From Candidatus Xenobia bacterium (GTDB lineage: Bacteria; Vulcanimicrobiota; Xenobia; Xenobiales; QWHO01): DNA of 46,151 nt. Numbering within the stretch: the first letter of the stretch is position 1; each line of letters begins with the position of its first letter. The notes beneath the pieces were generated by a model that did not search any database, was not told where the DNA came from, and saw only the letters and a list, made by a program, of their open reading frames with translations. The translations under genes were made by a program, and so were the position numbers. This document shows positions 9,382-18,474 of this stretch, one piece after another. The stretch spans positions 1-46,151 of the forward strand of contig BTUM01000065.1 in assembly GCA_045863235.1 (NCBI GenBank). The letters are read 5' to 3'.

Positions 9382-10243
9382 TGCCGCCGCGGAAGTCCTC
9401 GAAGCTGGGCAGGAAATAGCCCGTCTGAAGCTTGTTCCAGCCCAGGATCGTGCCCACCATGCCCACTCCGGCTCCCACGGCCGCGCCCGGCCAGCCTCCG
9501 ATGGAGGCCCCGGCCGCACCCAGGCCCACGGTCGCGGCCGCGATGGGCCAGTGACCGAGCTTGTTGGTCCAGTAATTGCTCTTGTCGTCGTGAATCGTCT
9601 GAATGCCGGGGATGCGGAGGAAGGCGTCCGGAGCCACGGCCTCGCGGCCCAGCAGCTCTTTGGAGGGCGCCTCGATGGGGTTGGGCATGCTCTTGAGGGC
9701 TTTGAAGACCAGCTCGGAGCAGTAGAACTCCTTGTCATCGGCGGAGTTGAACACGCTGTCGTAGGGCTTGCCCAGGTGGGAGCGACAGTAGGCGGTGGCG
9801 GCCGCCACATCCTCGGGGGTCTTGTAGTCGGGACGCACGATGGCGATCTTCTGGCGGCCCTCGAAGTAGTCGTCGAGCTTGGTCTCGATGACGCCCTTGC
9901 CCACCGCCTCGAGGATCTTGCCGTCACCGGCATAGTAGGCGGCGTGGGTATAGTTGGAGCGCACCGTCCAGAACTCCATGCGAGCCCAGCCCGGGTAGGC
10001 GCAGTCGGCGGTCATGATGACGTCGCCCGGCTGGAGCTTGCTCTTGAGCTCGTCGGCCTTCTCCCTGGTGATCTCGGGCACGGTGGTCGGGATGCGCCGG
10101 CCCATGAAGGTGAGCAGCGCTCCCGCGGCCGCCCGGGTGGGGCTGAATTTTTCCTTGGGCTCGGCCGGCGTCTCGGGGGGCGGAGCCTCGGTGGCCTGCG
10201 CGGGGCGCGCGAAGGATGGAGTGGTGACCTGCTGCAAGATCAT
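9374..10243 (-). CDS. permuted papain-like NlpC/P60 (YiiX/YebB-like) enzyme with C-terminal Gly-zipper membrane segment
   Basis: LQPGDVI, YTHAAYY, ILEA, GKPYD, FYCSELV, VAPD; start reassigned to ATG 10243 (MILQQVTTP). Confidence 0.85.
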   Translation of the reverse strand: MILQQVTTPSFARPAQATEAPPPETPAEPKEKFSPTRAAAGALLTFMGRRIPTTVPEITREKADELKSKLQPGDVIMTADCAYPGWARMEFWTVRSNYTHAAYYAGDGKILEAVGKGVIETKLDDYFEGRQKIAIVRPDYKTPEDVAAATAYCRSHLGKPYDSVFNSADDKEFYCSELVFKALKSMPNPIEAPSKELLGREAVAPDAFLRIPGIQTIHDDKSNYWTNKLGHWPIAAATVGLGAAGASIGGWPGAAVGAGVGMVGTILGWNKLQTGYFLPSFEDFRGGKQ

Positions 10244-10278
10244 GACGAAGACCCTTCCTGAATCACAGTTTTGGAGAG

Positions 10279-11508
10279 CTACTCTCTTGGCTCGACCGGC
10301 AAGATGTAGTAGTTCATCCCGTCTTTTCCCGGGGTGGTGTCCACCACCAGCAGGCCCACCTGGTCGCCCAGGAAGGCCTGCTTGTTGCGCGCCACCTCGT
10401 GCAGGTTGAGGGTGAACACCCCCTGCCCGCAATCTTGAAAACCCGAGGGCAGCGCGGCCCCGGAAAGCTTTTTGCTGCTCTGGGCGAGGAGAGCCTCCAG
10501 GGCGTCCACCGCCTTCGGATCCTCGGCGTCCAGGGCCACCACCATGCGGTCCTCGAGCTGGCGCAGCAGCTGCGGTGCGTCCGCGCGGCGGATGCAGGCG
10601 TCGGCCTCTTCGCAAGCCGAGGCCAGCTTACCGGCCACCCGCACCACGCTCTGCTCGATGGGGCCCGACGGCGCCGGATGAGTGCCCTGGTCGGGATGCC
10701 GGTCGGGCACGAACAGGGTCTTGAAGAGCTGCGGCTCGGGCACCTCGGCGTGGCAGGCGTCGGTGCGGGTGAGCACGTCCTCGAGGTCAGGCGGATTGAA
10801 ACCCGCCTGGCGCACCCGCTCCACCGAATCCTCCAGTCGACTCAGGGCGCTCTCTCGCGTCAGCTGCTCTCCGCGCGCGTCGTAGACCGGAATGCCCAGC
10901 GAGAAGGCGGTACGGGCCTCGTGCACGCAGCCTTCGGAGAGCTCCCAGCCGTCTTGCACGACCACGCCCGAGGCGATCCTGACCACGTCCAGCCAGTGGT
11001 TGAGGTACTCGGCCTGCTGCCAGCGGTTCACGGCCAGGCGGCTGGGATCCACCACCAGCGTGTCCTCGCGCCGCAGCGACTGGGCCAGCTCGTCGGCGGC
11101 GGCGCAGTTCTTCTCGATCACCTGGCAGACGAACTCGGCATTGTCGGCCGGGTCGAGCTCGCGCACCGACTTCTTGCCCTTGCCCTCGAGGAACTGATAC
11201 AGGCGGAAGCCGCCCGTGACCGGAGTGCTGACGTAGAGAATCTTGCGGCCCTGGGCCTCCTCTTGCAGGCGCTCCACGAAGTCGGGGCTGAAATCGTTGC
11301 GTTCGAAAGGTCCCAGCGCCGAGGCAAGGTGGGAGAGTCGGCGCATCAGGCTCTTCTGAGGATCGACCGTGTGGCGGGCCTGCATGCGAGCCAGCAGCTC
11401 CTCGCCGTCGCGCTCCCTGTTCTCGGGCGCCGCCCGGCGCGTGGAGCCGAGCATGCTCATGCGGCGCGCCGCCGTGTTGTAGAGAAGCGTTTGCTCGTTG
11501 ACCAGCAC
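10279..11508 (-). CDS. hypothetical protein with DUF4406 / nucleoside deoxyribosyltransferase-like domain
   Basis: LYVSTPVTGG...VVDPS...GWELSEGCVHEARTAFSLGIPVY; GTG 11508 has GGAGG 8 nt upstream and follows the deoC stop. Confidence 0.6.
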   Translation of the reverse strand: MLVNEQTLLYNTAARRMSMLGSTRRAAPENRERDGEELLARMQARHTVDPQKSLMRRLSHLASALGPFERNDFSPDFVERLQEEAQGRKILYVSTPVTGGFRLYQFLEGKGKKSVRELDPADNAEFVCQVIEKNCAAADELAQSLRREDTLVVDPSRLAVNRWQQAEYLNHWLDVVRIASGVVVQDGWELSEGCVHEARTAFSLGIPVYDARGEQLTRESALSRLEDSVERVRQAGFNPPDLEDVLTRTDACHAEVPEPQLFKTLFVPDRHPDQGTHPAPSGPIEQSVVRVAGKLASACEEADACIRRADAPQLLRQLEDRMVVALDAEDPKAVDALEALLAQSSKKLSGAALPSGFQDCGQGVFTLNLHEVARNKQAFLGDQVGLLVVDTTPGKDGMNYYILPVEPRE

Positions 11509-11509
11509 C

Positions 11510-12400
11510 TCAGTAGCCTCCGCCCTGAGCCACGGCACCCTGCACGATGGCCACGCTCGAGCTGGCCCCGATGCGGGTGGCCCCCGCCTGGATCATCAGG
11601 TTGGCGGTCTGGTTGTCGCGCACCCCGCCCGAGGCCTTGACGCCCAGGTTGGGGCCGACGGTCCGGCGCATGAGGGCGATGTCCTCCACGGTGGCCCCGC
11701 CTCCGGCAAAGCCGGTGGAAGTCTTGACGAAGTCGGCGCCGGCCGCCACGCTCAGCTCGCAGGCGCGGATCTTCTCTTCGTCGGTGAGCAGGCTGGTTTC
11801 CAGAATGACCTTAACGGTGTGTCCTCCTGCCGCCTGGACCACGGCCTCGATGTCGCGCTGCACGGCCGCGTCGTCGCCGTCCTTGAGCTTGCCCACGTTG
11901 ATCACCATGTCGATCTCGTCGGCGCCGTCTTTGAGCGCCTGGCGGGTCTCGGCGGCTTTGCCCTCAGGCGAGGTGGCCCCGTGGGGGAAGCCCACCACGG
12001 TGCAGACCATCACGCCGCTTCCCTGCAACTCTCGGGCCGCCAGGGCCACCCGTCCGGGCTGCACGCACACGGAAGCGAATTTGTGCTCTCGGGCCTCGGC
12101 GCAGAGCGTCTTGATCTGTGCGGCGGTGGCGTCGGGCTTGAGCAGGGTGTGGTCGATCATCGAGGCCAGCACCGCTCCCGGCAGGCCGGCCGCGGGGGCG
12201 GCGGCATGCAGGGCGGTCGCCAGGCCCATCTCAGCGGCGACAGGAGCGATCAGCCTTTCGTGGCCACCGGCCAGGGCCACCGGAGCGCCTCCCTGGAGGT
12301 GGACAGTCTCGGCTGGCTCGGCTGCCTCTGAAGTGGAGGCGGCGCTTTGCGGTCGATAGTGCGACGCTGCGGTGAGCTGGTTGAAGGCCTGAATGATCAT
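11510..12400 (-). CDS. deoC: deoxyribose-phosphate aldolase with ~70 aa N-terminal extension
   Basis: [56 protein letters not shown]. Confidence 0.95.
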   Translation of the reverse strand: MIIQAFNQLTAASHYRPQSAASTSEAAEPAETVHLQGGAPVALAGGHERLIAPVAAEMGLATALHAAAPAAGLPGAVLASMIDHTLLKPDATAAQIKTLCAEAREHKFASVCVQPGRVALAARELQGSGVMVCTVVGFPHGATSPEGKAAETRQALKDGADEIDMVINVGKLKDGDDAAVQRDIEAVVQAAGGHTVKVILETSLLTDEEKIRACELSVAAGADFVKTSTGFAGGGATVEDIALMRRTVGPNLGVKASGGVRDNQTANLMIQAGATRIGASSSVAIVQGAVAQGGGY

Positions 12401-12432
12401 TGGACGGACAAACCCCTCTGGTGGTTTATCCG

Positions 12433-12464
12433 AGCCTACCCTGGAGCGCTGAACAAATCCTCAA
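12433..12464 (-). promoter_or_regulatory. shared motif TTGAG-N6-TTCAG-N10-TAGGCT
   Basis: Minus strand reads TTGAG gatttg TTCAG cgctccaggg TAGGCT, 32 nt upstream of the deoC ATG and overlapping the ppk1 3' end. Confidence 0.6.
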
Positions 12465-14532
12465 AAGCTCTCGACTTGCGACGGACGGGGAGCGCCTCGC
12501 GCTGGGTGAAGAACTCCTGGGCGCTGAAACGCTCGCCGTGGGCCCACAGGCGGCGGTAGCTGCCGTCGCTGGCCAGCTCCCAGGAGTTGGTGTTGTCGCG
12601 CAGGTTGGCCAGCAGCACCTCCTGCAGCTTCATGCCCAGCTCTCCATTGACGGGCACCAGCGCTTCCACCCGGCACAGCAAATTGCGGTGCATCCAGTCG
12701 GCCGAGGAGATGTAGACGCTGGCTTTGGGCGAGGGCAGCTCGTGACCATCCGAGAAGCAGAAGATGCGGGAATGCTCCAGAAACCGACCCACGATCGACT
12801 TCACCCGGATGGTGCTCGAGAGGCCTTCCAGCTGCGGTCGCAGGGCGCACTGTCCGCGCACGACCAGCTCGATGGGCACTCCGGCCCGCGAGGCCCGATA
12901 CAGGGCGTCGATCACGTCCGGCTCCAGCAGAGCGTTCATCTTGGCCCAGATGCCGCAGGGCTTGCCCAACCGGGCAAGCTCCGCTTCGAAAGCGATCTTC
13001 TCGAGCAGAGTGGTCTTCAGGTTGATGGGCGAGACGGCCAGCTTCTCGAACTTCTCGGGCACGGCATAGCCGGTGATGTAGTTGAAGAGGCGGGTGGCAT
13101 CGCGGCACAGGGCCGGATCGCAGCTGAAGAGGGAAAGATCGGAATAGGCCCGGGCCGTGTCGGGGTGGTAGTTCCCCGTCCCATAGTGCACATAGGTGCG
13201 CATCTGGTTGCCTTCGCGCCGGGTGATCAGGCTGACCTTGGCGTGGGTCTTGAGGTTGGCAAAGCCGTAAACGACCTGGGCTCCGGCCCGCTCGAGCCGC
13301 TCGGCCAGGCGAATGTTGGCTTCCTCGTCGAAACGGGCCTTCAGCTCGACCACGGCCACCACCGCCTTGCCCGCCTCGGCCGCCTCCACCAGAGCCCGCA
13401 CAATGGGCGAGTCTTTACTGGTCCGGTAAAGGGTCTGCTTGATGGCCACCACGTCGGGATCGCTGGCGGCGTGCTGCACGAACTGCACGACCATGGAGAA
13501 ACTCTCGTAGGGGTGGTGCACCAGCAGCTCGTGCTCGCGGATGGCCGAGAAATAGTCGCCGGCCCACTCATCCAGGGCGTCCGGCAGGCGCCCCTCGAAG
13601 GGGGGGTAGCAGTTGGGAGGACCGTCGTCGCGGATCAACTCGGCCACCGATCCCAGATTGAGCATGCCATCGGAGAAGAAGATCTGATCGCGAGTGGTCT
13701 CCAGCTCCTCACACAGGTAGTCGCGCACGTCGTCGGGGGTGGAGGGAGCCAGCGAGAGCCGGATCACGCTGCCCCTCTTGCGCCCTTTGAGGGCCTCCCG
13801 AAAAGCCTGCAGCAGATCGCCGTCCTCGGTGGCCTCGATCTCCATCTCCTGGTCGCGCAGCACGTGGAAAAGGGTGGCGCTCTCCAACTCGAAGTTCGGC
13901 AGCACCTGCTTGATACAGAGCGGAACCACGTGCTCGAGCCGGATGTAGCGCTCCGATTCCTTGAGCCGCACGAAGCGCCGCAGTTTGGAAGGCAGCACCA
14001 TCATCTGCCAGTGCGAGCCTTTGTCGTCGCGCAGCCTCAAAGCGAGACAGAGGCCGTCGTTGGGGATGAGGGGGAAAGGGTGAGCCGGATCCACCGCCAC
14101 GGGGGTGAGAGCGGGAAGGATCTGGCTGACGAAATAGCCCTCCAGCCAGCTCTTCTCGGGCCGAGTCAGCTCCCTGGCGGTGAGAATCCGGATGCCCTGG
14201 GCCGCCAGGGCCACCTTGAGCTCCTGCCAGGCCTCCTGCTGGCGGTTGAAGAGGGCTCGGGCCTCCTGGCGCAGGAGCTTGAGGTGGCGGGGCAGCCGCA
14301 ATCCGTCGGGAGAGAGCGAGCGCGAGCCCGAGTCGTAGCGGGTCACCAGCTCGGCGAAGCGAACCATGAAGAACTCATCCAGGTTTCCGTCCGAGATAGA
14401 GAGAAAGCGAAGCCGCTCGAAGAGCGGGACCTCGCTGTCGCGGGCCAGGGCCAGGACCCGCTCGTTGAAGGCCAGCCAGGAAAGCTCGCGATTGAGAAAG
14501 CGATCAGGTTTTTGAAGGATGTCGACTGCCAT
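12436..14532 (-). CDS. ppk1: polyphosphate kinase 1
   Basis: [72 protein letters not shown]; start reassigned to ATG 14532. Confidence 0.97.
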   Translation of the reverse strand: MAVDILQKPDRFLNRELSWLAFNERVLALARDSEVPLFERLRFLSISDGNLDEFFMVRFAELVTRYDSGSRSLSPDGLRLPRHLKLLRQEARALFNRQQEAWQELKVALAAQGIRILTARELTRPEKSWLEGYFVSQILPALTPVAVDPAHPFPLIPNDGLCLALRLRDDKGSHWQMMVLPSKLRRFVRLKESERYIRLEHVVPLCIKQVLPNFELESATLFHVLRDQEMEIEATEDGDLLQAFREALKGRKRGSVIRLSLAPSTPDDVRDYLCEELETTRDQIFFSDGMLNLGSVAELIRDDGPPNCYPPFEGRLPDALDEWAGDYFSAIREHELLVHHPYESFSMVVQFVQHAASDPDVVAIKQTLYRTSKDSPIVRALVEAAEAGKAVVAVVELKARFDEEANIRLAERLERAGAQVVYGFANLKTHAKVSLITRREGNQMRTYVHYGTGNYHPDTARAYSDLSLFSCDPALCRDATRLFNYITGYAVPEKFEKLAVSPINLKTTLLEKIAFEAELARLGKPCGIWAKMNALLEPDVIDALYRASRAGVPIELVVRGQCALRPQLEGLSSTIRVKSIVGRFLEHSRIFCFSDGHELPSPKASVYISSADWMHRNLLCRVEALVPVNGELGMKLQEVLLANLRDNTNSWELASDGSYRRLWAHGERFSAQEFFTQREALPVRRKSRAFEDLFSAPG

Positions 14533-14554
14533 GGTGATGAGGTGCCTGGAGGGC

Positions 14555-14583
14555 AAGATAACCGGTTTTCGGGCCGGGGGCAA
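14555..14583 (-). promoter_or_regulatory. sigma70-like promoter for ppk1
   Basis: TTGCCC-N17-TATCTT, 22 nt upstream of ATG. Confidence 0.5.
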
Positions 14584-14593
14584 GCGTCTGGTG

Positions 14594-14929
14594 ATGGAAA
14601 ACGAGACTTTTCGAGTTGGACGTCGTCTGCGCGAGGCTCTGGCCTGGGAGGGAGTGGTGGGCTGTCGGGCCCGCCTGTGGGTGCGTGGAGACCGCCTGGT
14701 GGCTCTCTTTCCGCTGGATCCTCCCACCGGCCCGGAGGCCGCCCTGGTGTGCCTGGGCAAGTCCTGTCGACGGCGGGGTGCGGCCGAGACGGCCGAGCGC
14801 CTGGAGCGGTGCGGGCTGACGGTGCGGCGGGTCAAATGCCTGGACCAGTGCGGGAAGGGGCCGAATGTTTGCCTGTTGCCGGGGAAGGTCGTGGTGAACC
14901 GGGTGCAAGAGGCGCCTGGACTCACGTAG
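14594..14929 (+). CDS. thioredoxin-like (2Fe-2S) ferredoxin domain protein
   Basis: VCLGKSCRRRGA...KCLDQCGKGPNV. Confidence 0.75.
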   Translation: MENETFRVGRRLREALAWEGVVGCRARLWVRGDRLVALFPLDPPTGPEAALVCLGKSCRRRGAAETAERLERCGLTVRRVKCLDQCGKGPNVCLLPGKVVVNRVQEAPGLT

Positions 14930-15081
14930 CAGGAGCGGTCGGAAATTCTCCAGCATGGCCTGAAAGCAACACTCCGGCAACAACATTTCACAAAACGTTC
15001 ACCGGGGTTCATATCGCGATCCGAACATTTCCCGCCCGCAGCCGGTATCCTGTGGAAAGTATCGCGTCGCGTGGAGGTTGA

Positions 15082-16569
15082 ATGAGCGCTTCCGGAGTCG
15101 GCACCCTGACCGCGGCCCCGCCCCCCCAGGTCACTCCCCCGAAACCTCACTCCCATGGTGGCCAGCAGCCCCCGGCCACGGGGGACGGGGTGGCGCTGCA
15201 AGAGCGTCCGGCCGGTCCGCCCCGACCGGGGCAGGTGCACAACCTGATGCAGACCCACGCCGAGCGCGATCAGCTGGTCAATGGCATGCTCGACACGTCC
15301 GGCTCAGGCAAGCCGAGCCAGGCGGAAGCCGCTAAACTGCGCAGCGAGCTGGGAGCGGTGGATACCGACGTGCTGCGCTTCGCCAGCGACTCGGGGCTCA
15401 AGATCGGCGTGCTCAACCCGGGCGACGAGATGTTCCAGGCGGGCGTGCTGCGGCGCCAGGACCCCAAGGCCATCCAGGCCCGGGGGCCCGAATTGCAGGC
15501 CTTTGCCCAAAAGATCGACGCTCAGCTCGACCAGAAGTACGGCAACCGCCTGGATTCGGTGAAGAAGGAGCTGGCCGCGCTGCCCGAGGCCCCGATGCCG
15601 GGCTTCGGCATGTCTTCGCCCGACCCGCATGCCGAGAAGCGCGGCAAGCTCTTCCAGCAGCTCCAGACCCTGGAAGGCCAGCGCGGCAAAGAGCTGGGGG
15701 AGGCCGTGGAGAAATCCGGGCTGCCGGTCAAGCCCTTCGTCATCCCCACCGACTCCAAGCAGGTGATGGGCAGCCCGGCTGCCCAGCACATGGCCCTGGT
15801 GCAGGCCATGATGCCGATGTCTACCGCGGGAATGGCAGCCATCCACGGCGCCAAGACCCCCGAGCAGGCCAAGGAGTTCCACGGGCTGCTCGAGACCATC
15901 AACGGCCCCCGCCTGCAGGCGGCCCGCGAGGACGCGCTGGGGGGCATGCGCCAGGCAGCCGAGCGGGCCAAGACACCCGAAGAGAAGGCCCATTTCGAGA
16001 ACCTGCTCAAACTCTCCCGGGAGAAGCCCGAGGCGATCCCGCTCGACTATCGCAAGCACAACCTGCTCGTGCCCGACATGCACTACGTAGCCGACGACAA
16101 GGGCAAGACCACCACGGTCGACCTGCACGACAAGATGACCCTGATGGACTGGTCCGGGACCGGCACCCGCACGCTCAAGGCCTTTGACAAGGACAACCTG
16201 GACGGCTCGGCCATCGACGGGCAGTACTTCAGCCGGGGTGGGATGAACAAGATGGTGGTGCGCGACACGGCCCTGGGCAGCGCCCCCGTGCACGAGCTGG
16301 GCCACGCCATCGACTTTCAGATGGAGAAGAAGGACCCCCAGTTCTACCAGGGCTGGAAGGCCCGCCTGGAGGCGGCCCACGCCAGGACGGAAGGGCTCGG
16401 GGGGAAGACCGTCAGCGAGTATGCCAAGACCAACCCCCGCGAGTACGCCGCCGAAGGCTTCGCGCACTACTACGAGGATCCCAAGGGCCTGAAGGCGGCC
16501 GACCCGGCCCTGTTCGCTCTCACCGAGGAGCTGATCGCCCGCGCCAGCGCGCTGGGAGCGCGGCGCTGA
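15082..16569 (+). CDS. zinc metallopeptidase domain protein (anthrax lethal factor / Pro-Pro endopeptidase-like zincin at C-terminus)
   Basis: VHELGHAID...SEYAKTNPREYAAEGFAHYY; GGAGG RBS; low-complexity N-terminus; no Sec signal. Confidence 0.75.
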   Translation: MSASGVGTLTAAPPPQVTPPKPHSHGGQQPPATGDGVALQERPAGPPRPGQVHNLMQTHAERDQLVNGMLDTSGSGKPSQAEAAKLRSELGAVDTDVLRFASDSGLKIGVLNPGDEMFQAGVLRRQDPKAIQARGPELQAFAQKIDAQLDQKYGNRLDSVKKELAALPEAPMPGFGMSSPDPHAEKRGKLFQQLQTLEGQRGKELGEAVEKSGLPVKPFVIPTDSKQVMGSPAAQHMALVQAMMPMSTAGMAAIHGAKTPEQAKEFHGLLETINGPRLQAAREDALGGMRQAAERAKTPEEKAHFENLLKLSREKPEAIPLDYRKHNLLVPDMHYVADDKGKTTTVDLHDKMTLMDWSGTGTRTLKAFDKDNLDGSAIDGQYFSRGGMNKMVVRDTALGSAPVHELGHAIDFQMEKKDPQFYQGWKARLEAAHARTEGLGGKTVSEYAKTNPREYAAEGFAHYYEDPKGLKAADPALFALTEELIARASALGARR

Positions 16570-16871
16570 TGCCTCACGTCATCTTGCACCAGTTGCTGGA
16601 AACGGAAGACTCGCTCGAGCTGGGCGAGGCCATCGGGGAAGTCTACGTGGGCCAGGACGGGCTGGAGGTGGCGGTCGAGGACGACAGCCTGCGCGACCGC
16701 CTGGAGAGCTTGCTGGCCGAGCCTCTGACCACGAACGCAGCCGCCCCGGGCACGCTGGGCACCATGCGAGTGGTGCTGGCGCCTCAGGACGCGGGCTACT
16801 TGCAGGCGCTGGAGGAGCGGCTGCGCAAGCCCGATTTCCGGCTGGCCGTGGAAGTGCTCTCGGAAGAGTGA
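16569..16871 (+). CDS. small acidic hypothetical protein coupled to the zincin gene
   Basis: 100 aa, E/D-rich, TGATG stop-start overlap. Confidence 0.75.
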   Translation: MPHVILHQLLETEDSLELGEAIGEVYVGQDGLEVAVEDDSLRDRLESLLAEPLTTNAAAPGTLGTMRVVLAPQDAGYLQALEERLRKPDFRLAVEVLSEE

Positions 16872-16897
16872 GGGCAGGCCCTCAGGCCCGCCCTCAC
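16868..16897. terminator. hairpin between convergent genes
   Basis: GTGAGGGC.GGCC...GGCC.GCCCTCAC; no clear U-tract. Confidence 0.45.
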
Positions 16898-16910
16898 GCT
16901 TCAGCGATGA

Positions 16911-17870
16911 TTACTTCTCCAACCGGGCCAGACGGTACTTGGCCAGGTTCTGCGAGAAGAGCAGGTTCAGCTCGTTGTGCTCGACCATGGTCATGTACTC
17001 GGTCGCTTTGGGCGCGTCGCCCTTGAGCGTGTAGTACTGGGCGGCGTAGAAGTTGGCCTGGTCCACCGCCATGGTGCGATAAACCTCGTTCTCGCTGCTC
17101 TTTTGAGCCTCGGCGATGCACTCTTCGGGAGTGATCTTGCCAAGCAGGAGACGCAGGGCCGGATAAGGCCAGGCGTTGGTCTGGGGAGCCGTGGCGGCGA
17201 ACTTTTGAAGGTCGGCCGTGCTGGTGTTGCCAGAGCGAGCCTGGGCCACGTAGTGCAGCATCTGGTAGGTGGGGTTGTCGGGCTGCAATTTGACCGCGAA
17301 CTCGAAGTCGCGCGTGGCGCCCGAATAGTTCTGCTGGCGCATGTAGGCCCCGCCCCGAATGGCGAAAGCGTCACCGTTCTTGGGGTTGAACTCGATGGCC
17401 CGGCTGGCGTCGGAGATGGCCGGCTGGATCTCGCCCAGACGGTAGTGGCTCAGGGCGCGATAGAAGTAGCCCTGAGCGTTCTCTTCGCTGAACTTGAGAA
17501 AGCGGGTGTAGTCCTTGATGGCCGCTCTGGAGTCTCCCAGGAAGAAGTAGGCACCGCCCCGGAAGTAGATGGCGACCTCGTTCTCGGGGTCGAGCTCGAG
17601 GGCCTTGTTGAGGTCGTTCATACTGCGTTTGGGATCGTCCATCAAGAAGAAGCTTGCTCCCCGCCATACGTAAGCCTTGACGAAGCCAGGCTCTTTCTTG
17701 AGAGCGCGATCGAAATGATGGATCGCCCCTTTGTAGTTCTTGACCTGAAATTGCTTATAGCCGGCTTCGAACTCCTTGCGCTCATCCAGCTCTTCCATGG
17801 CCTTCTCGGCCAGCGCGGGTGTGATCGCCAGCGCCAGAGCCAGCAAGAGCACCGCCATGCGTTGCAGCAT
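16911..17870 (-). CDS. exported TPR protein (NlpI-like C-terminus)
   Basis: Signal peptide ...AITPALA; several TPR repeats; WPYP.LRLLLGKITPE...QANFYAAQYY; AGGAGG RBS. Confidence 0.85.
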   Translation of the reverse strand: MLQRMAVLLLALALAITPALAEKAMEELDERKEFEAGYKQFQVKNYKGAIHHFDRALKKEPGFVKAYVWRGASFFLMDDPKRSMNDLNKALELDPENEVAIYFRGGAYFFLGDSRAAIKDYTRFLKFSEENAQGYFYRALSHYRLGEIQPAISDASRAIEFNPKNGDAFAIRGGAYMRQQNYSGATRDFEFAVKLQPDNPTYQMLHYVAQARSGNTSTADLQKFAATAPQTNAWPYPALRLLLGKITPEECIAEAQKSSENEVYRTMAVDQANFYAAQYYTLKGDAPKATEYMTMVEHNELNLLFSQNLAKYRLARLEK

Positions 17871-18009
17871 ACGTGCATACCTCCTAACAAATTGAGACGG
17901 CGGCGCTTCGGGTTCGGGACAAGATCCCCTGTCGGTGCATCCCTACCCCGTTGGTTCGGATCTCGGTGGGCTGGTTGGCGCTCTGCAACCCCTCACGAGG
18001 CGACGAAGT

Positions 18010-18474
18010 TTATCCGGGACCGCGCTCGAGCAAGCGGGGGTCGAGCAGCCAGCGCAGGGTGGCCGGGCGGCCCGGCTCGAGGTCGAGCCGGATCACGCCG
18101 CCCTTCTTCAGCTCCAGGGCCGGGTGGCCCCCCAACATGCGCCCGGCCAGCTGGCTGAAGGTGGGCTCGTGGCCCACCACGGCCAGAACCTGGTCCTCGC
18201 GGCGCAAGAGCATGGAGGTGATGGCCTCCAGGCTGCCGTCGTAGAGCAGGCGATCTTGTTTGAGCTTTCCGTCGAACTGAATCTCCCGATACAAGATCTC
18301 AGCCATCTCCAGGGCGCGCGCGGCCGGGCTGCTCAAAAGCCGCCCTCCCGTCAGCCAGGGCCCCAGCCAGCCAGCCAGCAGCAAGCTGCGCTCGCGACCC
18401 GCGCGAGTCAGGCTGCGGTCGAAGTCGGGCGAGCCGTCCTCGGCCTGAGCGTGGCGAATGAGATAGAGCTTCAT
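18010..18474 (-). CDS. sixA: phosphohistidine phosphatase SixA
   Basis: LYLIRHAQA, DFDRSLT, SSPAARA, VGHEP. Confidence 0.9.
   Translation of the reverse strand: MKLYLIRHAQAEDGSPDFDRSLTRAGRERSLLLAGWLGPWLTGGRLLSSPAARALEMAEILYREIQFDGKLKQDRLLYDGSLEAITSMLLRREDQVLAVVGHEPTFSQLAGRMLGGHPALELKKGGVIRLDLEPGRPATLRWLLDPRLLERGPG

Noticed and set aside
12400..15081. 893-aa plus-strand ORF (also 20383-23256, 2390-4489, 25552-27657, 102-1727 and similar)
   Set aside because: Antisense shadows of recognisable genes, expected in GC-rich DNA
14533..15258. 242-aa N-terminal extension of ppk1 (likewise the extensions of ppx, the nucleotidyltransferase and the PTP)
   Set aside because: Overlaps divergent or adjacent real genes; family homology starts at the downstream start codon
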